Shown: one piece after another, positions 38,734-49,568 of the stretch
How the letters are laid out: the number at the start of each line of letters is the position of its first letter
Position numbering within the stretch: position 1 is the first letter of the stretch
DNA from: Candidatus Aminicenantes bacterium
Lineage (GTDB): Bacteria; Acidobacteriota; Aminicenantia; Aminicenantales; JAFGBC01
Assembly: GCA_963702005.1 (NCBI GenBank)
Contig: OY969696.1
Coordinates: forward strand, 1,216,001 to 1,280,000
Direction: 5' to 3'
DNA length: 64,000 bases
The notes under the pieces: model-generated
Told to the model about the DNA's origin: nothing
The model's input: the letters and a program-made list of their open reading frames with translations, nothing else
Databases searched by the model: none
Program-made: the position numbers and the translations under genes

Positions 38734-39216
38734 ATGAACCCAAGAACAATCATCGTTTACGCCTCGCGTCACGGCTGCGCCGAAAAGTGCGTCCGGGACT
38801 TGGTCGGCCGGCTCCGGGGATCCGTCGAGATCGTCGAGCTGGGGAAGGCCAAGCCGGGGGACTTAGCCGCCTATGACGCCGTCGTCGTGGGCGGATCCAT
38901 CCACGCCGGCAAGATCCAGAAATCCGTCCGCGCCTTCTGCGATGGCCATCTCGAAACGCTCAAGGGGAAGCGCCTCGGCTTGTTCCTGTGTTGCATGGAG
39001 GAGGGCGAAAAAGCCGATCGTCAGTTCGCGGACGCCTTCCCGGCCGAGCTCATCGCCCGGACGGCGGCCAGGGGCCTGTTCGGGGGGGAGTTCGATCTGG
39101 CAAAGATGAGCTGGTTTGAGCGGGCCATCGTCCGCAAGGTCGCCAAGATCGACGCCAGCGTCTCGAAGATTAAAAGCGAAGCCGTTGCCGCCTTCGCGGC
39201 CGCGCTGAACGGATAG
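38734..39216 (+). CDS. Flavodoxin-domain protein (HemG-like)
   Basis: IVYASRHGCAEK, YDAVVVGGSIHAG, GLFLCC, FGG. Confidence 0.85.
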   Translation: MNPRTIIVYASRHGCAEKCVRDLVGRLRGSVEIVELGKAKPGDLAAYDAVVVGGSIHAGKIQKSVRAFCDGHLETLKGKRLGLFLCCMEEGEKADRQFADAFPAELIARTAARGLFGGEFDLAKMSWFERAIVRKVAKIDASVSKIKSEAVAAFAAALNG

Positions 39217-39229
39217 CGGAAGAGTCCCG

Positions 39230-40111
39230 CTATTTCGCCTCGGTCTTCCCCGGCAGGGGAACGATGCCGGCCATCTCTCCGATGATGTTGACGAGCTGAG
39301 TCCCGGTCGGGACGACGATCTTGGCGTTCTGGGCGAGCGACTTCTCGACCGTCTCCAGCCGGCGCAGGAGCTGGGCGTTCCCGACGAAATACTGATTGGC
39401 GGCCTCGTTGACGAGCTTGATGGCTTGGGCCTCGCCCTCGGCCTCGAGGACGCGGGCCTGCTTGATGCCCTCGGCCTTCTTGATTTCGGCCCGGCGGGCG
39501 CCGTCGGCCACCGTCTCGGTCGCCGTGGCGAAATCAACGGCGGCGATCTTCTCGTTCTCGGCCTTGACGACCTTGTTCATCGTCTCCTGGACGTCCTTGG
39601 GCGGGTCGATCTCCTTGAGCTCGGTCCGGACGATTTCGATCCCCCAGCTACCGGTCTCTTCCCGGAGCGTCCTCTGCAGCTCGGAGTTGATCTTACCCCG
39701 TTCGGAGTTGGCCGATTTCAGGGTCAGGGTGCCGATGATATTGCGGAGGGTTGTCCGGGCCAGGTTGACGATCTGCCACTGGTAATTATAGACGTTGTAC
39801 GTGCAGTGCTTGACGCTCTCCTCGTCGTCCTTGACCTTGAAGTAGACCTGGGCGTCGACCCGAGCGTTCAGGTTGTCGTTGGTGATAATCTCCTGGGGCT
39901 GGGCGTCGACCATGACCTCGGTGATGTTGATCCGGTACATCTTCTCGATGATGGGGATGATCCAGTGGAAGCCGGCGCGGCCGAAGCGATTATATTTGCC
40001 CAGCCGCTCGATTAAACCGCGGTGGGTCGGCCGCACGATCCGGATGCCGCTGAAAAAGAGCAGGACGACCAAAATGGCGGCCAGATAAAACCAGTTGAAT
40101 GTCTGTTCCAT
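39230..40111 (-). CDS. SPFH/band 7 (stomatin-like) membrane protein
   Basis: N-terminal TM, ERLGKY, ITNDN..VDA, TTLRNIIG, WGI, IDPP. Confidence 0.92.
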   Translation of the reverse strand: MEQTFNWFYLAAILVVLLFFSGIRIVRPTHRGLIERLGKYNRFGRAGFHWIIPIIEKMYRINITEVMVDAQPQEIITNDNLNARVDAQVYFKVKDDEESVKHCTYNVYNYQWQIVNLARTTLRNIIGTLTLKSANSERGKINSELQRTLREETGSWGIEIVRTELKEIDPPKDVQETMNKVVKAENEKIAAVDFATATETVADGARRAEIKKAEGIKQARVLEAEGEAQAIKLVNEAANQYFVGNAQLLRRLETVEKSLAQNAKIVVPTGTQLVNIIGEMAGIVPLPGKTEAK

Positions 40112-40451
40112 GTTAATCCTCCCTCGATTTCGTTCGTCTTTCTATTATACGGCGGCCCGCCGTTTTGGTTACTAAGCCGGGCGGAATATAGTTGACTCAA
40201 TATTTCTTTATCGCCCGGCTAGTACTCGGGGAGCAGCAAGGATTATGCAAAATATATACTGCTCCCCGTAGTAATGGGGAATTCCGGGGGGAAATCCCCG
40301 AACGACGCGCGTCGGCGGGGACGGCATCGGTGCCGCTCTCGAGCCGAACGATGTTCCGAGTCTTTAGAAGGTCAAAATCATCGTTGATGCGGCCGAAGCC
40401 GGGGGTGCGGTTGACTTCCCAAAACCGGCGTGCTAAGAATGGGCCGGAACC

Positions 40452-41417
40452 ATGGAGAGCATTCCGAGCTACCTCGGCCTGGCCGTTGTCGCGGGCGTGA
40501 TGATCTGGCTGGCGAACCGCCTCTTTCTGAAGTTTCCCCAGCGGATGCTTTTGTTCTTTGTCAACGCTTTGGCCTTCTCCTACGCGTTCGGGATCGTGGA
40601 TATCGTCGGCCGTTTCCTGGCCCTGCAGCTCCTGGCCAGGTTGGGCCCTTCGCCCGCGGTCACGGCGACGGTCGCCTTCGTCTTCCGCCTTCTGGCTTTT
40701 CCCTGTCTCGTCCTATCCTGGTACTTCTTCATCCGGATGATCTTCGAGATCCGGGGCCGCAAGTTCTCCCTCCCGCTCCAGGCCGCTTTTTTTATCCTCC
40801 AGGCCGGGGCCTTGGCCGCTTATTTCCTGAAGGCCGACGACGCCCTGCTCCTTTCGCCGGTCAAAGGGCTTCCCCTTTACGACCTGATCATGCTCGTCTT
40901 CAATGTCGTCAACCGGGGGGCGATCTTTGTCCTCTTTGTCTGGGCGACCTTCGCTCCGAACGGGAGGAATGACCTTGAACGGAGACGCGGCCTCAAGGCC
41001 TTCACCGGGATTTACGCTGCCGCCTGCCTCGTGTACGGGATCGCCGCGCTCTTCATGAAGAGCCGAGGCTTCCTTTGCTACACATACCCGGTCCTCGAAT
41101 TCTTCATGCACGTTCCGCCTCTTCTCTACCTGTGGGCCTTTCTCCGGTCTTATTACGCCCGCCATCCCCTCGAGCCCGTCCGAGAGGGCGCCCTGGCCGG
41201 TTTTTTCGCCCGTCATCAGATCTCGAGTCGGGAGCAGGAGATTATCCGGCTCCTCCTCGAGGGCAAGAGCGGACGGGATATGGCCGAAGAGCTCTACGTC
41301 TCGCTCAAGACCGTCAAGGCCCATATCTCCAACATCTACCGGAAGCTCGGGGTCAAGAGCCGCTGGCAGCTCATCACGCTGATCAGGAACTCCCAGGAGC
41401 ACTACCAGGAGTTCTGA
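40452..41417 (+). CDS. Membrane-anchored LuxR-family transcriptional regulator
   Basis: About 7 TM helices plus ISSREQEII..SLKTVKAHISNIYRKLGV HTH. Confidence 0.88.
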   Translation: MESIPSYLGLAVVAGVMIWLANRLFLKFPQRMLLFFVNALAFSYAFGIVDIVGRFLALQLLARLGPSPAVTATVAFVFRLLAFPCLVLSWYFFIRMIFEIRGRKFSLPLQAAFFILQAGALAAYFLKADDALLLSPVKGLPLYDLIMLVFNVVNRGAIFVLFVWATFAPNGRNDLERRRGLKAFTGIYAAACLVYGIAALFMKSRGFLCYTYPVLEFFMHVPPLLYLWAFLRSYYARHPLEPVREGALAGFFARHQISSREQEIIRLLLEGKSGRDMAEELYVSLKTVKAHISNIYRKLGVKSRWQLITLIRNSQEHYQEF

Positions 41418-41493
41418 GGCGACGCCGTTTCTTTCTCCCCTCAAAACATTATAATATGATCGGGTCAGACCCCGTCGAAAAGGAGAGACGACC

Positions 41494-42045
41494 GTGATCT
41501 GGAAAATCTTCGCCCTGTTCAGCCGAGTGGCCCTGTTTTCCTGGGGCGGCGGGCCGGCTTCTCTCGCCCTCATGCAGCGGGAAGTGACGACGGCCGGCTG
41601 GACGACTCCGGCCGAGTTCGCCGACGCGGTGGCCGCCGGGAACGCCCTCCCCGGGCCGATCGCGCCCCAGGTCTCGGCCTTCGTCGGCTACAAACTGGCC
41701 GGAATCCCGGGCGCGATCGCCGCCGTGACCGGCACCGTCCTTCCCACGACCGTCCTGATGCTCCTCATGATCATCTATTTCTTCAACGTCAAGGACAGCC
41801 CGGCCGTCAAGTCGATGCTCCGGGCCGTGCGTCCGGTCGTGGTCGGGCTTCTCCTCTGGACTGCCTACGATATGGCCGGGAGCGTCTTCGCGGCCAAGCC
41901 GCTCGGCTGGAGCGCCGCCCTGGCCGGCGGCTGGGACAAGATCCTGATCGTGGCCGCGACCTTCGTCCTCCTTACCGCGACCCGCGTCAACCCCGCCTTC
42001 GTCATCCTGGGCGCCGCCCTCCTCGGCTTCGCCGCCTACCGGTAA
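41494..42045 (+). CDS. Short-chain chromate transporter (CHR family)
   Basis: FSWGGG, WTTPAEFADAVA, LPGP, VGY; no partner gene adjacent. Confidence 0.85.
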   Translation: MIWKIFALFSRVALFSWGGGPASLALMQREVTTAGWTTPAEFADAVAAGNALPGPIAPQVSAFVGYKLAGIPGAIAAVTGTVLPTTVLMLLMIIYFFNVKDSPAVKSMLRAVRPVVVGLLLWTAYDMAGSVFAAKPLGWSAALAGGWDKILIVAATFVLLTATRVNPAFVILGAALLGFAAYR

Positions 42046-42091
42046 GAAGCCGCCGCCTTTCGGGATTGCGATTCCGTCTCCGCGTCCGCGA

Positions 42092-42116
42092 CCCCGCATC
42101 CTACTAGGATGCGGGG
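42092..42116. terminator. Hairpin between convergent genes
   Basis: CCCCGCATCCT-act-AGGATGCGGGG. Confidence 0.55.
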
Positions 42117-42119
42117 CTA

Positions 42120-43746
42120 TCAATTGATGGCGAGGTTCGTGAAGGGCCGGAGATACGCCTGGAGCGTCACCAGAAGCCCGACCAGCGAGGCCAGGACGAG
42201 GCTGTGTACAAAGACGGATTTCAGAATCTCGCCCTCGTGCCCGTACCAGCGGGTCGCCGTGCTGGCCACGACGATGCTCTGAGCGTCGATCATCTTGCCC
42301 ATGACCCCGCCGCAGCTGTTGGCCGCCGCCATCAGCGTGGGGCTGAGGCCGATCCGCTCGGCCGAGATGCGCTGGAGGCTCCCGAACAAGACGTTCGAGG
42401 AAGTGTCCGATCCGGTCAGGGCGACGCCCAGCCAGCCTAAGAGCGTCCCGAAGAAGGGAAAGAGGACTCCCGTCCGGGCGAAGGCCAGGCCCATGGTCGC
42501 ATCCATTCCCGCGTAGCGCGTCACGAAACCCAGTCCGAGCATGGCCGCCACGGTCAGGAGCGAGAAGCGGACGCGGCGGAGAGTGGTCGCCCAGGTTTTA
42601 AAAAGCGCCCGGGGGCCGTATCTCATCGCAAACCCCGCCAGGACGGCGGCGACCAGGATCCCGGTTCCGGTGAAGGACAGAATATTAAAGCCGAACACAG
42701 CGGGTTCGAGAGTCGGGCCGGGAACGACCGGAGGCATCCGGACGACCGCGCGGTCCAGCAAGGGGACGGCGATCTTGACGGACAAGAGCCGGTCGAGAAC
42801 GGTCTTGACCTCGGGAATGCCCCAGAGGAAAACGACGGCGCTGAGGATGAGCCACGGCATCCAGGCCTTGGCCACTTCCCGGCGCTCCGGACGATGCTCG
42901 GGGCCGGCCGCCGTCGTGAGGCGGTCGATCCGCTTGGGACGCCAAACGAGCAGGAAGAGGACGAGGGCAGCCATCGAGGAAAGAGACGAAACGACATCCA
43001 CCAGCCAAGGGCCGTGGAAATTCGAGATGAGATATTGGGGGACGGCGAAGAAGACTCCCGCCACGAGAAGGGCGGGCCAGAACCTCGATCATCCCCCCCA
43101 GGCCGGCGAACGCGGCGACCAGCCAGAAAGGGACGACGATCGAGAAGAAGGGGAGGATGCGGCCGGCCTGGGCGCTCAAGGCACGAAGCGGCAGTCCGGT
43201 GACCCCTTGGAGGGCGACGATGGGAGTTCCCAATGCGCCGTAGGCGACGGGGGCCGTGTTGGCGATGAGAGAAAATCTTGAAGCGGCGAGCGGGCTGAAA
43301 CCGAGGCCGATCAGAATGGCGGCCGTCACCGCGACCGGGGTCCCGAACCCGGCCGCCCCCTCGAAAAAAGCGCCGAACGAGAAGGCCACGAGAAGCAGCT
43401 GGAGACGGCGGTCCCGGGTCACGGACGTCAGGCTCATCTGAAGAATCTTGAACAATCCCCGCTCGGTCGTAAGATTATAAAGGAAAATGACGTTGATGAT
43501 TATCCATCCGATCGGGAAGAGGCCGTAGGCCGCGCCGAAGAGGGCGGCGGCGGACGCTCGGGCGGCCGGCATGCCGAAGACGCCGACGGCGATGGCTAGG
43601 GCGGCGGCGAGGCCCAGCAGGGCGGCCCGATGGGCCTTCACGCGGAAGAACGCCAGCGAGCCGAGCAGGACCAGGATCGGGACCGCGGCGACCAGGGTCG
43701 AAATGAACCAACGGCCCAGTGGATCGTAAACTTGTTGCCAGGCCAT
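42120..43746 (-). pseudogene. lctP: L-lactate permease with a +1 frameshift near 43081
   Basis: WQQVYDP, FFEGAAGFGTP, GSDTSSN, GKMIDAQS; removing one base restores MIEVWPALLVAG. Confidence 0.85.
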
Positions 43747-43834
43747 CCGCGCCTTATCCCGAACCGCTTATATCATGTCAATTCGGTCGGGGTCAAACCT
43801 ACACTTTGTCACAAAGTGCAAAGAGTCAATTTGC

Positions 43835-44442
43835 ACGAAAGCTTTACAGGCTGCCCCGTGGCTTGCCACGGGGTGGAATGTATGCCTTGCCGAGGGGGTG
43901 ATAAGGGGGACCGGAAAGTCCCCCTTATCCACAAAGGCCCTTGCTCGGGAGTGTGGTAAAGTATATGGGTGACGCTGAAACGGACGAATCATTCGGTCTA
44001 CGACACGTCCTACCATCTGGTCTGGTGTCCGAAGTACCGGAAGAAGATTTTCGAGCGGGTGGAAGTCCGGGAACGAGCGAAACAGATCGTGGGAGAGATT
44101 TGCGAATCGTACGATATTGAAATCATCGAGATGGAAATTACCGAAGATCATATTCATTTGCTAGTATCATTTCCGCCATCGCGATCGATCGGGGAGGTCG
44201 TCAGGATCATAAAGAGCATGAGTGGGAGGGGGTTGTTTCGCGAGTTTGCGGGCTTGAAAAAGAAGCTATGGGGCGGAGAAGTGTGGGAGGACGGATATTT
44301 CGCAAGGACGGTCGGAGACCGGATGACGAGGGATGTGATCGCGAAGTACATCGTCAGTCACCGAGAACTGGAGCAAGGGCCTGCGCAGCTGGCCTTGAAG
44401 CTGCGCTCCTAATGCCCCGCGGCTTGCCGCGGGGATCTTTAC
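43835..44442 (+). mobile_element. IS200-type element (tnpA only); ends approximate
   Basis: Subterminal hairpins CCCCGTGGC-TT-GCCACGGGG (43854-73) and CCCCGCGGC-TT-GCCGCGGGG (44415-34). Confidence 0.85.
43969..44412 (+). CDS. tnpA: IS200/IS605 Y1 HUH transposase
   Basis: YHLVWCPKYR, DHIHLL, W.DGYF..TVG, KYI. Confidence 0.95.
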   Translation: MTLKRTNHSVYDTSYHLVWCPKYRKKIFERVEVRERAKQIVGEICESYDIEIIEMEITEDHIHLLVSFPPSRSIGEVVRIIKSMSGRGLFREFAGLKKKLWGGEVWEDGYFARTVGDRMTRDVIAKYIVSHRELEQGPAQLALKLRS

Positions 44443-44471
44443 TAAAGGCAAAAGTGTAGGTTTGACCCCAA

Positions 44472-45050
44472 TCACTTGGGGACGGCGATAAGGCCGTATT
44501 CCTCGGCGTTGACCCGCCAAGCCCGCTCCGTCCGGAAGCCCGCCTTTCGGATGAGCGAGACGGCCTTCTTGAGAGGGATCCTATCTTTAAGAGGGGGGCC
44601 GTGTTCCGTTTTCTTCCTGTAATAATCGATGATGACGAGTTTCGATCGGCGGTTCCCGCTCCTGAGGATGGCGCCGAGAAGGGCGCGTTTATCCGGGACC
44701 TCGTGAAGGACGTTGGCGAGGAAGTAGAATGTTGCGCCGCGCGGGAGGCGCGGTTTTCCGGCCGGCGCGAGAATCGCTTGAACATTGGCCAGCTTCTTTT
44801 GGGAGGCGGATACGACGAGGTCGGCGATCATCTCGGGAGCGATATCCAAGCCGTAAACTCTTCCCAGGCGTCCGACCCGTCCGGCGGCCGGAATCGTGAA
44901 AAATCCCGTCCCGCAGCCGATGTCCACGAAGACATCGCCCGGCCCGAGCCCGATCTCCACCAGAATTTTCTCCGCGGGAAGCCGCCGACGGCGCCCCGCC
45001 GAGGAAAGGCGTTTCCGGCGGGCGGGGTCGAAGACGCGGGGTTTGTCCAT
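44472..45050 (-). CDS. Class I SAM-dependent methyltransferase
   Basis: VDIGCGTGFF, GLDIAPEM, NVLHE, EHGPP; start MDKPRVFDP. Confidence 0.85.
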   Translation of the reverse strand: MDKPRVFDPARRKRLSSAGRRRRLPAEKILVEIGLGPGDVFVDIGCGTGFFTIPAAGRVGRLGRVYGLDIAPEMIADLVVSASQKKLANVQAILAPAGKPRLPRGATFYFLANVLHEVPDKRALLGAILRSGNRRSKLVIIDYYRKKTEHGPPLKDRIPLKKAVSLIRKAGFRTERAWRVNAEEYGLIAVPK

Positions 45051-45115
45051 GCCTAGCCAGGCAACTATTCTATACCTCTCGACTTCGGCTTTCCAGCCCT
45101 CCGCGTTCTCCGACG

Positions 45116-45461
45116 ATTGACCCGTTCGCCGACGGCGGCTTCCGCCAGTACTCATAAGCCGGAAACGGCTTATGAGTGCGCTCCACCGCCTGCAAAGGGT
45201 AGATCCCACGGACGTAAGTCCGTTGAGATTCTGTCCTGGCCAAGCCCCGGCGTTCATGCACTCATGAACCGGAAACGGTTCATGAGTACTGGCGCTCCAA
45301 TGAGCATTAGTCCGTGGAGCTTCGGCCGGGGAGCAGTCTTGCAGCACTCATGGCTTTCATGAGTGTCGAAGGGTTGACCCGTTCGCGGCCGCCACCCTAC
45401 TTTGAAAAGTAAGGCTCAGGGTTAACACTCATGAGCCGGAAACGCCTCATGAGTGTTGACT
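45116..45461 (+). repeat. Composite palindromic element, copy C (largest, tandem)
   Basis: Two TTGACCCGTTCGC starts; three ACTCATRAGCCGGAAACGGYTYATGAGT-type hairpins; ends GTTGAC. Confidence 0.85.
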
Positions 45462-45528
45462 CATTCCGGCTTCGGCTATAAAATAACCGTACCTTGGAGA
45501 GATGGCGAGGGATCGGACGAGGGCGACC

Positions 45529-46470
45529 ATGAAGCGGATCCTGATCACGGGCGGCGCGGGTTTCCTGGGCAGCCACCTCTGCGACACGCTCATCGATCGC
45601 GGCGCCGACGTCGTCTGCATCGACAATTTCTTCTCGGGCTCCAAGGACAACATCCGCCACCTATTCGCCCATCCCTACTTCGAGCTCATCCGCCACGACG
45701 TCATCCATTCGCTGTTCATCGAGGTCGACGAGATCTACCATCTCGCCTGCCCGGCTTCGCCCATCCATTACCAGGAGAACTCGATCAAGACCGTCAAGAC
45801 CAACGTGATGGGGACGATCAACATGCTCGGCCTGGCCAAGCGGATTCGGGCCCGCATCCTCCTTTCCTCTTCGTCCGAGGTCTACGGCAACGCCCAGGTC
45901 CACCCCCAGCCCGAGGCCTACTGGGGAAACGTCAACCCGATCGGGATTCGCTCCTGCTACGACGAGGGCAAGCGGGTCGCCGAGACGCTCATGATGGACT
46001 ACCACCGCCAGAACCGGGTCGACGTCCGGATCGTCCGCATTTTCAACACCTACGGCCCGCGGATGGCCGTCGACGACGGACGGGTCGTCTCCAACTTCAT
46101 CGTCCAGGCCCTCCGCGGAGATCCGTTGACTGTTTACGGGGACGGGCGCCAGACCCGGTCCTTCTGTTATGTCTCCGACCTCGTCGACGGCCTGACCCGG
46201 ATGATGGAGACGGAGGGGACGATCGGGCCGCTGAACCTGGGGAATCCGGCCGAGTTCACCATTCTCGAGCTGGCCGAGCTCGTCCTCAAGCTGACCAAGA
46301 GCCCATCCAAGATTGAGCGCCGGCCGCTCCCCTCAGATGATCCGGTCCGGCGCTGCCCCGATATTCGCCTGGCCGAGAGCAAGCTCGGCTGGAAGCCCCG
46401 CATCGGCCTCGAGGAGGGGCTGGCCAGGACGATCGATTATTTCCGCGAGACTCTGGGCCGGAGCGGCTGA
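45529..46470 (+). CDS. uxs: UDP-glucuronate decarboxylase (UDP-xylose synthase)
   Basis: [51 protein letters not shown]. Confidence 0.9.
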   Translation: MKRILITGGAGFLGSHLCDTLIDRGADVVCIDNFFSGSKDNIRHLFAHPYFELIRHDVIHSLFIEVDEIYHLACPASPIHYQENSIKTVKTNVMGTINMLGLAKRIRARILLSSSSEVYGNAQVHPQPEAYWGNVNPIGIRSCYDEGKRVAETLMMDYHRQNRVDVRIVRIFNTYGPRMAVDDGRVVSNFIVQALRGDPLTVYGDGRQTRSFCYVSDLVDGLTRMMETEGTIGPLNLGNPAEFTILELAELVLKLTKSPSKIERRPLPSDDPVRRCPDIRLAESKLGWKPRIGLEEGLARTIDYFRETLGRSG

Positions 46471-46476
46471 GGCCCT

Positions 46477-47163
46477 ATGAAGCTCTCCATCGTGATTCCC
46501 GTCTACAACGAGAAAGAGACTATCCGGGAGATTCTACGCCGGGTCCAAGCCGTCAAGCTTCCGGTCCGGAAGGAAATCATCATCGTCGACGATTGCTCGC
46601 GGGACGGAACGCGGGATATCCTTAATCGTCTGGCCGGCCGGAATGTTCGGGTTCTGTTTCATGACCAGAACCGGGGGAAGGGAGCGGCCCTGCGGACCGG
46701 GTTCGCCCGGGCGACCGGTGACATCGTCCTCGTCCAGGATGCCGATCTCGAATACAATCCCGACGAATACCCGCGGCTCCTCGCCCCCATCCTGGACGGA
46801 CGGGCCGACGTCGTTTACGGCTCCCGTTTCCTGGGAGGGCCTCACCGCGTCCTTTTCTTTTGGCACTTCGTCGGGAACCGGGTCCTGACCACGCTCTCGA
46901 ACATGGTGACGAACCTCAACCTGACCGACATGGAAACCTGCTATAAGGTCTTCCGGGGCGAGACGCTCAAGAAGGTCCATCTGCGCTCGAGCCGGTTCGG
47001 GTTCGAGCCCGAGATCACGATCAAGCTGGCCAAGCTGCGCTCACGCATCTACGAGGTTCCGATCTCCTACTCGGGACGGGACTATACCGAGGGCAAAAAG
47101 ATCGGCTGGAAGGACGGCCTGGCCGCCCTTTTCCACATCCTCCGCTACAGATTCTTCGACTGA
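46477..47163 (+). CDS. GT2 polyprenyl-phosphate glycosyltransferase (DPM-synthase-like)
   Basis: [39 protein letters not shown]. Confidence 0.9.
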   Translation: MKLSIVIPVYNEKETIREILRRVQAVKLPVRKEIIIVDDCSRDGTRDILNRLAGRNVRVLFHDQNRGKGAALRTGFARATGDIVLVQDADLEYNPDEYPRLLAPILDGRADVVYGSRFLGGPHRVLFFWHFVGNRVLTTLSNMVTNLNLTDMETCYKVFRGETLKKVHLRSSRFGFEPEITIKLAKLRSRIYEVPISYSGRDYTEGKKIGWKDGLAALFHILRYRFFD

Positions 47164-47164
47164 G

Positions 47165-49549
47165 TTGGACGCGGCATTGAAGAAGCGCCTCCCCGCTCTC
47201 CTGAGAGCCCTGACCTGGCTTTTTTACATCCTGTTCTCCTTTTATTGGTTTAAGGACAATATTCCGGCTTTGAAGTCCGTGCCGGGACGGCCGCTCGTCC
47301 CGTTCCTGCTTCTGGTAGCGGTTATTTTAGCCCGCCTCGTCCCGGCCCTGCGGACGAAGAAAATCCGGCTCCGGCCCGGCCGAGACGCCGTCCTCCTCCT
47401 CGCCTTGATTCTCCTGGCGGTGGCCGTCCGCGTTCCCTATTTTGTCCAGGGGGGCGGCATCCTGACCAGCGACGACGCCATTCCGGCCTTGATGGGGAAG
47501 CACATCGCCGACGGCAAGATCGCGCCCATCTCCTACTACGGACAGCTCTACATGGGTTCGCTCTCGAGCCACGTCTTCGCCCTGTTCTTCAAATGTTTCG
47601 GATATTCCCTGTTCATGCTCCAGCTTACGACCCTCCTCTTCTATCTGGGGTTCATGGCCGTCGAGTTCGTTTTCCTCAAAGAGCTCTTCTCCCGCGAGTT
47701 CGCCGCCCTCGTCGTCCTGTTTTTCGCCCTGCCGATCGGCGAGCTCGTTCGAGTCAGTTTCGACGACACTTCGGCCTACCCCCTCGTTCTCCTTTTCGGA
47801 GCGCTCCTTCTTTTCCTGTCCTACAGGATCGCTTGGAAAGGGGAGGACCGCTGGCTGTCTCTGTTCGGGTTCCTGACCGGGCTCGCCTTCTGGACGCATC
47901 AGGTCACGGCCGGCTTCATCCTGACCGCCTGGCTGGCCGTCCTCGTCCGCACCAAACCGAATTTCAAACGATACGCGGTTCTCGCCTCGACGACGCTGGC
48001 CGGGCTGTTTCCCCTCTTGATCCAGGAAGCCTATGACCGTCTTCACATGCTCAGGTTTCTGGTCGCGGGCAAGAAGGAGCCGATGAGCGCGGCCAAGCTT
48101 TCGATGACGGCCGGCTTCCTTCGAAAGCTCCTATCCACGACGGACCATCCTCTCGGAATTCTATTCCTCGGCCTCGTCCTCCTCGGATTCGGCGTCATGG
48201 CCGTCCGGGCCGTCCGCCATCGGGACGCTCGTCCCCAGGCGCTGTTCGCCCTGTTCTTCGGGCTTTTCTTCGGCGTCTTCATCTTTTCCGGATTCAGCGC
48301 CAAAGGAGTCATCCGTTACCTCTTCCCGTCCTATGCCTGTCTTCCGGTCCTCTTCCTGGCCGGGCCCTGGTTCCTTGTCCGCCGTCGCAGGATCGCCGCT
48401 TCCCTGGCCGCCCTCGCCGTCCTGCTCGCTTTCAACTTGGGGGGAGCCTTCTCCGCCTTTCAGGCGACTCGGACCCGCAGCCTCCACCTTCGCGCGGTCG
48501 TCGCGGCCATGGAAGCGACGGGTGTCAAGTATTGGCAGGCCGAGTACTGGACCGCTTATAAAATTACGGCCGTAGCCGGGGAGAGGGTCGTCGTTGATGC
48601 CTATACCATGGATCGCTATTTCCCTTTCCGTTTGGATTATTTCAACCGGGCCCGGCGCGGGGCTTTCGTTTTCATGAAGGATTCGACCGAAGCTTCCAAG
48701 ACTCCGGTCATGGTCGGCCTTTTGAAAAAATTGGGCGTTCCCTTTCACTATAAGGATGTCGGCGGGACAGGGCTCATCTTCGGCCTCGAAAGCCAGGTTT
48801 TCACCCCCCTTCTCTTCGGCGGCATCATCAAGGACTCTCCTCCCGGCCTGCCCGCGCTCCGGCTGGAAGAAGCCGCGACGGCCAAAGGCTATCTCCGCCT
48901 TTCGTTCCGGACGGACGCCGGAGGCGAACCGCCTCCCGGTTTTCAAGTTCAAGCCGAGATCCCCCCTTATTGTTCCCAAACCAGGAACTTGAGCCCGAAA
49001 CCCGAAGACAACCGGTTCAAGCTCGCGCTCCCGAAAAAAGCCGCGGTCAGGGCGGACTATTTTCTGGACTACTGCGGGCTTAAGATCCCCTCGTCGGTCC
49101 GGACCGTATCCCTGAGCCTTGCGGCGCCGGGCGCGGCCCGAAGGAAGGAGCGAATCGTTTTTCTGTCGGGCCTCGGCCCTAAAACGACGTTTTTCGGCCC
49201 GGAGATGAGGGTTCTCGAAAAGGAGGTTCGGGTCGAGCTCAACCGCCTCAAAAAAAGGAAAACGCGCCTCCGGCTAACGCTCTATTCTCCCTTCGAGTTC
49301 GAGCACACCTTCTGGTACGGCGACTATAAGCAACGGCTTGCGATCCTTATCAACGGGAAGCCCTGCGCCGAAAGGACGCTTCGCGACAAAGACAATGCCC
49401 TCGAAATCGAGATCGATCCCGTTCGGATCCAGCGAGGCCGGAATCTCGTTGCCCTGAAGTTCGAATATCATCTCCCTTTGATCTTCGCTCCCTTCAACTT
49501 GACGGCCTGCCTCCTCGAGACGATCGCCGTCGAGCAGGATCCTTCTTAG
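47165..49549 (+). CDS. GT-C (ArnT/PMT-like) membrane glycosyltransferase with C-terminal periplasmic domains
   Basis: TSDDA..LM..HI..G..YYGQ.YMG loop after the first TMs; many TMs; RYL, EYW. Confidence 0.7.
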   Translation: MDAALKKRLPALLRALTWLFYILFSFYWFKDNIPALKSVPGRPLVPFLLLVAVILARLVPALRTKKIRLRPGRDAVLLLALILLAVAVRVPYFVQGGGILTSDDAIPALMGKHIADGKIAPISYYGQLYMGSLSSHVFALFFKCFGYSLFMLQLTTLLFYLGFMAVEFVFLKELFSREFAALVVLFFALPIGELVRVSFDDTSAYPLVLLFGALLLFLSYRIAWKGEDRWLSLFGFLTGLAFWTHQVTAGFILTAWLAVLVRTKPNFKRYAVLASTTLAGLFPLLIQEAYDRLHMLRFLVAGKKEPMSAAKLSMTAGFLRKLLSTTDHPLGILFLGLVLLGFGVMAVRAVRHRDARPQALFALFFGLFFGVFIFSGFSAKGVIRYLFPSYACLPVLFLAGPWFLVRRRRIAASLAALAVLLAFNLGGAFSAFQATRTRSLHLRAVVAAMEATGVKYWQAEYWTAYKITAVAGERVVVDAYTMDRYFPFRLDYFNRARRGAFVFMKDSTEASKTPVMVGLLKKLGVPFHYKDVGGTGLIFGLESQVFTPLLFGGIIKDSPPGLPALRLEEAATAKGYLRLSFRTDAGGEPPPGFQVQAEIPPYCSQTRNLSPKPEDNRFKLALPKKAAVRADYFLDYCGLKIPSSVRTVSLSLAAPGAARRKERIVFLSGLGPKTTFFGPEMRVLEKEVRVELNRLKKRKTRLRLTLYSPFEFEHTFWYGDYKQRLAILINGKPCAERTLRDKDNALEIEIDPVRIQRGRNLVALKFEYHLPLIFAPFNLTACLLETIAVEQDPS

Positions 49550-49568
49550 GCGGAAGGACGGCCCGAGC

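Larger units (their letters stand above)
43789..44469. repeat. Perfect 19-bp inverted repeat enclosing the IS200
   Basis: GGGGTCAAACCTACACTTT (43789-43807) and AAAGTGTAGGTTTGACCCC (44451-44469). Confidence 0.85.

Noticed and set aside
43925-43933. Perfect DnaA box TTATCCACA
   Set aside because: Single copy inside an IS hairpin, with no oriC context
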